Shown piece after piece: positions 1 to 7,352 of a DNA stretch of 17,978 nucleotides; positions within the stretch are counted from its first letter, which is position 1, and the number at the start of each line of letters is the position of its first letter. This DNA comes from Myxococcota bacterium. GTDB lineage: Bacteria > Myxococcota > XYA12-FULL-58-9 > JALHOP01. The position numbers and the translations under genes are program-made. Where the stretch lies: positions 1 to 17,978 of the forward strand of contig JBGGMJ010000184.1 in assembly GCA_041288095.1 (NCBI GenBank). The letters run 5' to 3'. Under the pieces are notes generated by a model. It did not search any database. It was not told the origin of the DNA and saw only the letters and a list, made by a program, of their open reading frames with translations.

Positions 1-52
1 CGATCTCGATCCCGCGCACGGCCGCTTCGAGCGTCTCGACTTATCTTCGTGA
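1..52 (+). CDS. Possible 3' end of an upstream gene (…DLDPAHGRFERLDLSS*), truncated by the window edge
   Basis: Frame open from 2 to TGA at 50-52, ending 4 nt before the TetR ATG, as expected in an operon. Too short to identify. Confidence 0.3.
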   Translation, partial: DLDPAHGRFERLDLSS

Positions 53-56
53 GGGT

Positions 57-668
57 ATGTTGAACGAGGACAAAGAGCTCGCCGCGAAGCCCAAGCGAGG
101 TAGACCTCGCAGCGACAGCGTGCGGACTCTGGTGCTCAAGACGGCCCTCGAGCTGCTCCAGCAAGGCGACACGCGTGCCTTGACCATGGAGAACATCGCC
201 GCCCGGGCAAAGGTCTCCAAGGCCACGCTCTATCGCTGGTGGAGCTCGCCGTCCGCGATAGCGTTCGAAGGGTTTCTCGGCGCGGTCAGCGAGCACCTCA
301 CGTGGACGCGAACCGGCACGGTTCGCGAGACTCTGCTCTCGCAGGCCACGTTGCTGATGCAACTGTTCACGCGCACCACCTTCGGCTGCACCATTCGCCG
401 AGTCATCGCGGATGCGCAATCCAACGCCGAGCTGCAGCAAGCCTTCGTCGACAACTTCCTCACGCCGCGGCGTAGCACCGCCAAGGTCGTGCTCGGCGAA
501 GCCATGCGCAACGGCGAGCTTCGCGCGAACCTCGACCTCGACGTCTTGCTCGACCTCGTCTTCGATCCGATTTACCTGCGCTTGCTGACGCGCCACGCGC
601 CGCTCGACGAGCGCTTCATCGAGAAGCTCGTCGACATGGCGCTCACCGGCGTGTTGCCGCCGGGCTAA
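57..668 (+). CDS. TetR/AcrR family transcriptional regulator
   Basis: N-terminal RGRPRS and TetR HTH (LTMENIAARAKVSKATLYRWW), with a typical C-terminal ligand domain (…RNGELRANLDLDVLLDLVFDPIYLRLL). Stop overlaps the convergent carbonic anhydrase stop by 4 bp. Confidence 0.93.
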   Translation: MLNEDKELAAKPKRGRPRSDSVRTLVLKTALELLQQGDTRALTMENIAARAKVSKATLYRWWSSPSAIAFEGFLGAVSEHLTWTRTGTVRETLLSQATLLMQLFTRTTFGCTIRRVIADAQSNAELQQAFVDNFLTPRRSTAKVVLGEAMRNGELRANLDLDVLLDLVFDPIYLRLLTRHAPLDERFIEKLVDMALTGVLPPG

Positions 669-1306
669 CTCGCGACGGCCATGGCCATCGGCTGGCCCGC
701 ACTGGCGCGGCAAAGCTCCTGCAAGCGTCCGTCCTGCGTGCTGTAGACCATGCCATGGAGCGACGGCGCCTGGCGCTCGGCCCAGTGGCGCTGCACCACG
801 TCCATCTTGGCGAGGTTCTCGACCTGCGTGCGCACGACGTGCCCCAGCAACGCGTTCTCGCGCGCCTCGCCCTCTGCCAACGCGTCGAGCTCCTTCGCGT
901 GCTTGGCGTAGACCTCGCGGATGCTGCCCAACCAATCGACGAGGGTAGCGGGAAAGCCGTCCAGACTACCCATCGAGGCGCGGATGCCGCCGCAACCGCG
1001 GTGACCGACAACCACGATGCTGCGTACCTTGAGCACGCCGACCGCGTATTCGAGCACGCTCGCCGAGTTGACGTCACCGGGACGCACCAGGTTCGCGATG
1101 TTGCGGTGCACGAAGATCTCGCCCGGGCCGGTGTTGGTGATCTCGTTGGCGGGCACGCGGCTGTCGCTGCAGCCGATCCAAAGAACCTCGGGCTTCTGCG
1201 TGTTCGACAGACGCTTGAAGAACGAAGGGTCGCTCTGCACGCGGTCGAAGGCCCAGGCTTTGTTCTGCAATAGCATACGATCGACGGGATTGACGCTGTG
1301 AGGCAC
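665..1306 (-). CDS. can: Beta-class carbonic anhydrase
   Basis: Zn-binding motifs WIGCSDSRVP, HRNIAN and GHRGCGG. GTG start preceded by TAAGGAG, which includes the SulP stop codon. Confidence 0.95.
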   Translation of the reverse strand: MPHSVNPVDRMLLQNKAWAFDRVQSDPSFFKRLSNTQKPEVLWIGCSDSRVPANEITNTGPGEIFVHRNIANLVRPGDVNSASVLEYAVGVLKVRSIVVVGHRGCGGIRASMGSLDGFPATLVDWLGSIREVYAKHAKELDALAEGEARENALLGHVVRTQVENLAKMDVVQRHWAERQAPSLHGMVYSTQDGRLQELCRASAGQPMAMAVAS

Positions 1307-1316
1307 GCTGGGCTCC

Positions 1317-2918
1317 TTAGAGGGAAGCGATCGCAGATCCGCTATAGTCGACGGATGCGGACTCGGTTTTGAATACTGGGTTGTTGCTCGTCGGTGACCG
1401 TTTCATCTCGACGTCGATGCCTTTGTGTTTCGAGGACTCGAGGAAATCGCGCATGGTCTTGACGATGTCCTTGTCGATGAAACCGGCGCGTGTGCCGTCG
1501 ATGAGCACGTAAGCCCCATTGGGGATGCTGTTGAAGGTGCGTCGCAGGTACGCCTTGTTCAAGAACGAGACGTTGCCGCCAAGGCTGACCAGGTACTTGT
1601 CGCCTTCGCTCATGACCGTGACCGAGTGGCTGAAGTTGGTGCGCAGGATGAACAACACGCCGACGACGATGCCGGCGATGATGCCGCGGAGCAGGTCGGT
1701 GAAGAGGATGGCGACGATGGTGACGGAGAATGGGATGAACTGATCCCAGCCCTTCACCCACATCTCCTTCCAAAGCTTCGGCTTGCAGAGCTTGTAGCCC
1801 GTGACGAGCAGCACCGCGGCGAGCGACGCAAGCGGAATCAGGTTGAGCACGTACGGCACCGCGAGCACGGCCACGAGGAGCAACGCGCCGTGCAGGATGG
1901 TCGACAGCTTGGTACGGGCGCCGGCGGCGACGTTGGCGCTGCTGCGTACGATGACGGCGGTGACCGGCAAGCCGCCGAGCAAACCGGCGACGATCTGACC
2001 GATGCCTTGGGCCTTGAGCTCGCGGTTGGTCGGCGTGATCCGCTTCAGCGGATCGAGCTTGTCGGCGGCGTCGATCGAAAGGAGAGTCTCGAGGCTCGCG
2101 ACGATCGCTATGGTGAAAGCCGTCACCCAGAGCTGGGGTTGTGCCAGCGCCGAGAGGTCGGGGTGGTGCAGACCGCCGATCAACTCGCCCAGCGAGCCGG
2201 GCGTCGGCAGCGACACGAGGTGCTCCTTGGCGACGATCAGACTCGGTACGGCGTTGAACACCTGCGCGAGGATGGTGCTGCCGAGCACCGCGACCAGCGG
2301 GCCGGGTATGAGCTTCAGGAAGCCGAGCCGCTTCATGAACGGCGCTTCCCACAGGATGAGGACGGCCAAGGAGAAGGCCGCGACGACCACCGCGCCTGCC
2401 GACACGTGATTGAAGAGGTCGAGGAGCTCGCTGAAGGTGTTACGGCCGTCGTGCTGGAAGAACGACTCGTCGCCTACGTAGTCGGCATCCCAGCCCACCG
2501 CGTGCGGCAGCTGCTTCAAGATGAGGATGAGGCCGATGGCCGCGAGCATGCCGCGGATGACTGGCGACGGGAAAAAGTCGCCGATGATGCCCGCCCGCGC
2601 GAAGCCGAGGCCGAGCTGCAAGACGCCGGCAAGGACGACCGCGGTGAGGAAGGCTGGGTAGCCGCCCAAGCGCTCGATGCCCGCGAGGACGATGACGGTG
2701 AGACCCGCGGCCGGGCCGCTGACCGAGAGCGCCGAGCCCGAGAGACCGCCGACCACGAGGCCGCCGACGACACCGCTGATGATGCCGGCGAAGAGCGGAG
2801 CGCCCGACGCGAGCGCGATGCCCAGACAGAGAGGCAGAGCGACGAGAAAGACGACTAGGGCCGATGGAGCGTCTGCTTTGACGTCGAACTTCGGAATTCC
2901 CGCACTGCGGCTATCCAC
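1317..2918 (-). CDS. SulP/SLC26 family inorganic anion (probably bicarbonate) transporter
   Basis: Signatures LVVFLVALPLCLGIALASGAP, VSGPAAGL, NRELKAQGIG and GGLPVTAVIVRSSAN, many TM segments and a short STAS-like C-terminus (VSFLNKA…IDGT…FID). Operonic with the carbonic anhydrase. GTG start preceded by GAGGT. Confidence 0.95.
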   Translation of the reverse strand: MDSRSAGIPKFDVKADAPSALVVFLVALPLCLGIALASGAPLFAGIISGVVGGLVVGGLSGSALSVSGPAAGLTVIVLAGIERLGGYPAFLTAVVLAGVLQLGLGFARAGIIGDFFPSPVIRGMLAAIGLILILKQLPHAVGWDADYVGDESFFQHDGRNTFSELLDLFNHVSAGAVVVAAFSLAVLILWEAPFMKRLGFLKLIPGPLVAVLGSTILAQVFNAVPSLIVAKEHLVSLPTPGSLGELIGGLHHPDLSALAQPQLWVTAFTIAIVASLETLLSIDAADKLDPLKRITPTNRELKAQGIGQIVAGLLGGLPVTAVIVRSSANVAAGARTKLSTILHGALLLVAVLAVPYVLNLIPLASLAAVLLVTGYKLCKPKLWKEMWVKGWDQFIPFSVTIVAILFTDLLRGIIAGIVVGVLFILRTNFSHSVTVMSEGDKYLVSLGGNVSFLNKAYLRRTFNSIPNGAYVLIDGTRAGFIDKDIVKTMRDFLESSKHKGIDVEMKRSPTSNNPVFKTESASVDYSGSAIASL

Positions 2919-3003
2919 TCATGACCTCGCGGAGACTTTTTGGGCGAATGCCAACGAACACGCCGGGCGGCGCATTCCTCAAGGCGAGTCATTTTGACAC
3001 AGG

Positions 3004-4467
3004 TCACTGCACGTAGCCCAGGGATCTCAGCACATCGGTCGTTTCGGGGGTTACCTCGGCCTTCCCCGGCGTCAAATCGAGCTTTCCGTGCCGCCGCCGG
3101 TCGAGCTCGGCCCGGAACTGCGCGATGAGGTCTTGCCGGTCCTTCGACAGGTCATGCAGCTGATGCGGGTCCTCCTGGACGTCGTAGAGCTCTTCGCGGT
3201 CGCGGGTAAGCGGGTAGGACGGCTGGATATAAGAGTTACGAAGGTGCCGGAGGTACGCATAGCGGTCAGTGCGCAGCGCCACGAGGCTGCGCCCCGCGTG
3301 CTCGCTGAAGGCTGTCTTGGCGGGCAACGAGCCGCCGCGGATGAGCGGCCACAGTGACCGGCCGCGGATGCTCTCGGGCGGAGTCAGGCCGATGTACTCG
3401 AGGACCGTCGGCAAGATGTCGACCGATTCGACGATGTCCCGGACCTGGACACCATGGCGGCCGTCACCGGGAAACCAAGCGAGCAGTGGAATGTGCGTGG
3501 TCGAATCGTAGAGCCCGGTGTGCACGAAATACATGCCGTGCTCGCCGAGTGATTCACCATGATCCGCGGTGACCACGACCGCCGTCCGCGATAGCACTTT
3601 CTGGCTCTCGAGCGCATCGAGCAGTCGCCCGAACTCGTCGTCCACGTAGGTCACCGCGCCCTGGTACTGCGCCAGCACGAAATCCAGATCCGTGATGCCC
3701 GCGAGCCACGATTGAAACGAGGGATGGTCGCTCATCTCCTTGGGTAAGGTCGGCCAGATCTTGGCCATCGAGGTGGTGTTCGGATCGTGCTCGTCGCGGT
3801 CGTAGTAGAAGCGGTCGTACGGCGGCGGCGGCCGGTAAGGGGTGTGCACGTCGGCCAGGTGAACCCAGGCGAAGAACGGCTTGCCGTTTTGGTCGCCAAT
3901 CCACTTCAAGAGGTCGTCGAAGCTCGCCCCGGCGCGGCGGCTGTTGCCGCTGCGCACGAAGTGCTGAAAGCCCTGCGCGAGGTTTCCCACCTCGGGGTTC
4001 AAGTGGCTCATGTTGACCAGGGCGTAGGTGCCGTAGCCGGCGGCCTTGAAGGTCTCGGCGATGGTCGTCGGGGCTTCGCCGAGCGCCTCGAAGTTCGAAT
4101 AGACGTTGTGATCCTGGAGGTAGAGGCTGGTCATGATCGACGAGTGCGACGGCGTCGTCGTGCTGGCCTGCGAGAAGGCGTTGCGGAAGATGACTCCCAT
4201 GCTGGCGAAGCGATCGAAGGAGGGGGTCAAGATGCGGGTGTGCCCGTAGCAGCTCAGATAGTCGGCCCGCAGGGTGTCGACGGTAACGAGGATGACGCCG
4301 CTTGCTTTCTCTCCGTCTTCACGGAGGGTCACCGGCGGTAGCGTGATTGGGTCGGCCGCTTTGGCGGTCTGGTCCGGCCGGCGGTCGCGGCAAGCCGTCA
4401 CCAGCAGGGCTAGGCACAGCCACGCCTGCTTCTGTGACACCAAGGCACGGGCGGCCGCGAACGTCAT
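3004..4467 (-). CDS. Sulfatase-like hydrolase/transferase (alkaline phosphatase superfamily), predicted lipoprotein
   Basis: VILVTVDTLRADYL, TTPSHSSIMTS, FAWVHLADVH, TADHGE, ELYD…DP and C-terminal LRSLGY motifs, plus lipobox LLVTA-C. Start placed at ATG 4467 rather than 4578 because a promoter lies directly upstream of it and the signal peptide follows it. Confidence 0.9.
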   Translation of the reverse strand: MTFAAARALVSQKQAWLCLALLVTACRDRRPDQTAKAADPITLPPVTLREDGEKASGVILVTVDTLRADYLSCYGHTRILTPSFDRFASMGVIFRNAFSQASTTTPSHSSIMTSLYLQDHNVYSNFEALGEAPTTIAETFKAAGYGTYALVNMSHLNPEVGNLAQGFQHFVRSGNSRRAGASFDDLLKWIGDQNGKPFFAWVHLADVHTPYRPPPPYDRFYYDRDEHDPNTTSMAKIWPTLPKEMSDHPSFQSWLAGITDLDFVLAQYQGAVTYVDDEFGRLLDALESQKVLSRTAVVVTADHGESLGEHGMYFVHTGLYDSTTHIPLLAWFPGDGRHGVQVRDIVESVDILPTVLEYIGLTPPESIRGRSLWPLIRGGSLPAKTAFSEHAGRSLVALRTDRYAYLRHLRNSYIQPSYPLTRDREELYDVQEDPHQLHDLSKDRQDLIAQFRAELDRRRHGKLDLTPGKAEVTPETTDVLRSLGYVQ

Positions 4468-4474
4468 GGCCGAG

Positions 4475-4502
4475 AGGATAGCAGGGGGCCAAACACTGTC
4501 AA
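4475..4502 (-). promoter_or_regulatory. Sigma70-type promoter of the sulfatase-like gene (probably leaderless)
   Basis: Minus strand reads TTGACA (4502-4497), 16 nt, then TATCCT (4480-4475) with an extended -10 TG. The ATG follows 7 nt later. Confidence 0.65.
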
Positions 4503-4705
4503 AAAGGCCCTCGGCGCGTACTTTTTGTGACAGGTTCGTGTCGAAACGATCCAGGAAGCTATGTACCGCCGTACTCAATCGAGCTAAGACACGAAACTCG
4601 CAAAGTTTTTGTGCCGATGATAGCGTGCGGCTTCGAGTAACCTCATTGTGGTACGTGGGCTGAGCGTTGACACGAAGTCGGGATAGTCACTAGGGCTGGA
4701 GCGGT

Positions 4706-5092
4706 ATGCCTAAGGCGCTGACACCCAACGAGTACTTCGAGACCGTTCTCCCGGCGATGCTTCGCTGGAAGGGGCCGGCCGCCGCTGCGGTCGGCGTGAA
4801 CGTCCGGTTCGTCGTTACGGGACGTGGTGGTGGCACCTGGACCATTCGCCTGCGTCCGCCGGTCGCGGGCGTCGTCGAAGGCTCCGAATGGAAGGCCGAT
4901 CTCACGATCAAGATCACCGCGACCGAGATGGAGAAGATGCTGAACGGCACCTTCGACGCGCGTAAGGCGCTCATCGAAGGCAACGTCGAGCTCTCCGGCG
5001 ATCTCACGGTGCTCAAGCGCGTCGGCTTCTTGTTCCAGGCCGGCGGTACGGCCACCGAAGTGCGCAGCACGCAGCGTCCCGCGGCGAAGTAG
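4706..5092 (+). CDS. SCP2 sterol/lipid-binding domain protein
   Basis: Pattern VRFVVTGRGGGTWTI…ADLTIKIT…MLNGTFDARKALIEGNVELSGDL is characteristic of SCP2. GGAG before the ATG and TTGACA at 4667-4672. Confidence 0.88.
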   Translation: MPKALTPNEYFETVLPAMLRWKGPAAAAVGVNVRFVVTGRGGGTWTIRLRPPVAGVVEGSEWKADLTIKITATEMEKMLNGTFDARKALIEGNVELSGDLTVLKRVGFLFQAGGTATEVRSTQRPAAK

Positions 5093-5349
5093 GCACGCGG
5101 CGCCACGGTGTCAGCGTGACACCCGAAAAAACGTTGAATTGACGGGCTCCGCCGGGGTTCCGCCGTAGCGGTCATGCGCCTTTTGGCGCTAAAAGGCCGT
5201 CCTGGCACTCGTTCTCCCGCAACGTCGGGATCGGCTTGCCGAGAACTGCTACCGACTGAAGACGAGCTTGGCTGCTCGAAAACAGCGATACGTGTGCCGT
5301 CGTGTCCGCTGCTTTCTGCTTGTTAATTTTCGCGCGACTCGTTTACATA

Positions 5350-5448
5350 GTTCCTTAAAGCCCAGAAGGCTTGAGCCCACCGCGAGCCGCTTTCGCGTTG
5401 GCCTGTACCGACTCCACCAGGTCGGTACCTAGCTGAGGATAAGGGAAC
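5350..5448 (+). promoter_or_regulatory. Candidate structured 5' leader that sequesters the RBS
   Basis: GTTCCTTA (5350-5357) is complementary, with one bulge, to TAAGGGAAC (5440-5448, contains the SD). This pairing encloses three hairpins: AAGCC/GGCTT, CGCGA/TCGCG and GTACCGAC/GTCGGTAC. Confidence 0.45.
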
Positions 5449-5449
5449 A

Positions 5450-5971
5450 ATGCGCGTATTCAAGTCACTGCCGCCTGATGCCCTCCACAACATCCGTCAA
5501 CAGCTCGAAGCCGCCGATCGTCCGCAAGCCGCGGCCCTCGAGGCGGCAGCGCACCTCATCAACGCCCACGAGACCTACCAAGACGCGCTCAAGAGCGGTC
5601 TGGTCACGCGCCTTACCGGCAGCGACCTGGTCGAGTTCATCGAGCGCATGCGCCGCGATCGTCTCAATGTCGACGCGAGCCGCCGCACCCAAGACAAGCA
5701 GGCCAAGAAGTCGCAGCTCCGCGCCGACGACGCGCACGAGACCACCGATGAGTGGCTCTCCGAGCAACTGCAAGACTTCATGCAGGGCCGCACCGCCTGG
5801 CAGAACAACGGCGTCGCGTTGATCAGCCTGGGCGACATCGTTGCGCTGAGCGGCGGCGACTTCGACAAGTGGCTGCACAACGAGCGCACCAATCCGATCG
5901 TCGCCCGTGACACGAGCAGCCGCGCCGGTACGTTCGCCGCTAGCCTGCACCAGCAGGCCGAGGCGGCTTAA
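5450..5971 (+). CDS. Hypothetical protein (173 aa, charged, probably helical)
   Basis: AAGGGA SD-like motif, GC3-rich host-like codon usage, and TAATG coupling to the next ORF. No family recognised. Confidence 0.75.
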   Translation: MRVFKSLPPDALHNIRQQLEAADRPQAAALEAAAHLINAHETYQDALKSGLVTRLTGSDLVEFIERMRRDRLNVDASRRTQDKQAKKSQLRADDAHETTDEWLSEQLQDFMQGRTAWQNNGVALISLGDIVALSGGDFDKWLHNERTNPIVARDTSSRAGTFAASLHQQAEAA

Positions 5972-6312
5972 TGGCCGAGTCGGTTCTCCGCAGACTCGCG
6001 ACTGACGACGAGTTCGTGAAGAAGCGCCTCACCGTCCTCGATCGCTGGATCGACGGCGGCGAGATCGAACCGTGGCTCGCGGTCGTTTTAGCGGAGTGGT
6101 GCCGGACTCCGCCGGGCCGCAAGAAAGAGCCGCTCACCCACGAGCACTTCGAGAATCTGTTCCTCGACGAGCAGACCTTCGCCGTCATGCGTGAGCAGGT
6201 CGACGGTCCGTGGATGATCTACTTCGAGCAGTGCCGTGGCCTCCGCGCCAACGACACGGTCATGACCTTCCTGACCCAGCTCGAATCGATCTCGACGCAG
6301 CCGGGGTCGTAA
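5971..6312 (+). CDS. Hypothetical protein (113 aa)
   Basis: ATG overlaps the previous TAA (TAATG), host-like codon usage, and it ends 4 bp from the convergent gshB stop. No family recognised. Confidence 0.75.
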   Translation: MAESVLRRLATDDEFVKKRLTVLDRWIDGGEIEPWLAVVLAEWCRTPPGRKKEPLTHEHFENLFLDEQTFAVMREQVDGPWMIYFEQCRGLRANDTVMTFLTQLESISTQPGS

Positions 6313-6316
6313 GGCT

Positions 6317-7252
6317 TTAGCGCAGGCTGTCGAAGATCAGCTTGGGAATGTCGGCGCCGCCCAAGCGCTTGAGCTCGCGCGTCAGCGTTGGGCTGGTGAC
6401 GTTCACCTCGATGAGCTTGTCGGCGATCACGTCGAGGCCCGCGAAGTAGATGCCGTCGGCCTTGAGGCGCGGCCCGAGTCGTTCGGCGATCTTGCGCTCG
6501 GCGTCACCGACCTCGGCCGCTTTGACGCTGCCGCCGACGTGGACGTTGCCACGGTGATCACCCGCTGGTGGAACGCGCTGGAGCGCCGCGGCTAGCTTGC
6601 CGTCGATCATGAACAGGCGTTTGTCACCGACGGCTCCCTCGGGGAGGTAGGCTTGCACGAGGATCGGCTTCTTTCCTTCGACCGAGAGCGTGTCCACGAT
6701 AGCGTTCACGTTCGAGTCGCCCGCCATGAGGCGCATGACGCCGAAGCCGCCATGACCGTCCAGGGGCTTGGCGATGGCTTGGCCGCCGTGCTCCTTCAAG
6801 AACCGCTTCACCTCGTCGCGGCTCGTCGTGATGATCGTCTCCGGGCAGACGTCGGCGAAGATCAGCGCGTAGAGCTTCTCGTTGGCGCCGCGGATGCCGC
6901 GCGGGCTGTTGATGACGCGGACCCCGGCCTCCTCCGCGAACGACAGCAGCCACGTCGCCATCAGGTAGTGCTCGTCGAAGGGAGGGTCGGTGCGGATGAA
7001 GATGGCGGCGCAGTCGGTCGCCGCGAGGCGCAGGGGGGCCAGGACCTTGAAGTAGTCCGTAGGCGTGTCCTGCAGCTCGACCTCGTGGCCTTCGATGGTC
7101 AAAGCGCTCCCCGCGAGCGAGAGGGCCTTGGGTGCGACATGCAGGACCCGGAAGCCACGGGCCTGGGCTTCGAGCATCAGGGCGAAGCTGGTGTCGGCCG
7201 CGGGGTGGATGCGCTCGAGCGGATCCATGACGAAAGCGACGGTGCGTTGCAT
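6317..7252 (-). CDS. gshB: Glutathione synthetase
   Basis: VAFVMDPLERI…DTSFALMLEAQARG, RTDPPFD, ANEKL, KPLDGHGG, GDKR, RGNVHVGG and IEVNVTSPT, matching prokaryotic GshB ATP-grasp motifs. Length 311 aa. Confidence 0.96.
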   Translation of the reverse strand: MQRTVAFVMDPLERIHPAADTSFALMLEAQARGFRVLHVAPKALSLAGSALTIEGHEVELQDTPTDYFKVLAPLRLAATDCAAIFIRTDPPFDEHYLMATWLLSFAEEAGVRVINSPRGIRGANEKLYALIFADVCPETIITTSRDEVKRFLKEHGGQAIAKPLDGHGGFGVMRLMAGDSNVNAIVDTLSVEGKKPILVQAYLPEGAVGDKRLFMIDGKLAAALQRVPPAGDHRGNVHVGGSVKAAEVGDAERKIAERLGPRLKADGIYFAGLDVIADKLIEVNVTSPTLTRELKRLGGADIPKLIFDSLR

Positions 7253-7299
7253 GGTTGGCGCAGGTTAGAGGGTCCGGCCGGGGGAAGGCTAGTGGCGTC

Positions 7300-7328
7300 T
7301 TGTCGAGGCCGATCCCAGAGCGTATTCT
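7300..7328 (+). promoter_or_regulatory. Sigma70-type promoter for hflX
   Basis: TTGTCG (7300-7305), 17 nt, TATTCT (7323-7328). Followed by SD-like AAGGGAG at 7337-7343. Confidence 0.55.
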
Positions 7329-7352
7329 TTCTAACGAAGGGAGCTCTCGACC

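Noticed and set aside
2911..2922. Mini-ORF ATG-AGT-GGA-TAG overlapping the SulP GTG start
   Set aside because: Its ATG is too close to the GAGGT SD, and spacing favours the GTG at 2918.
4468..4578. Upstream TTG start of the sulfatase-like ORF
   Set aside because: It would bury the signal peptide and span the sigma70 promoter. ATG 4467 fits better.
4590..4613. Imperfect hairpin CACGAAACT…AGTTTTTGTG between the divergent sulfatase-like and SCP2 genes
   Set aside because: Weak and G-U dependent, not downstream of any gene, so no function can be assigned.
5203..5220. TGGCAC as a sigma54 -24 element (also TGGCAT on the minus strand near 2950)
   Set aside because: No TTGC/GC -12 element at the required spacing.
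5174..5326. Short ORF MRLLALKG…PLLSAC in the structured intergenic region
   Set aside because: No SD, atypical codon usage and no motif. It cannot be supported, though a leader peptide is not strictly excluded.
5093..5449. tRNA, CRISPR array or retron ncRNA in the hairpin-rich region
   Set aside because: No cloverleaf with T/D-loop consensus, no repeat-spacer periodicity, and no Cas or reverse transcriptase gene in the window.
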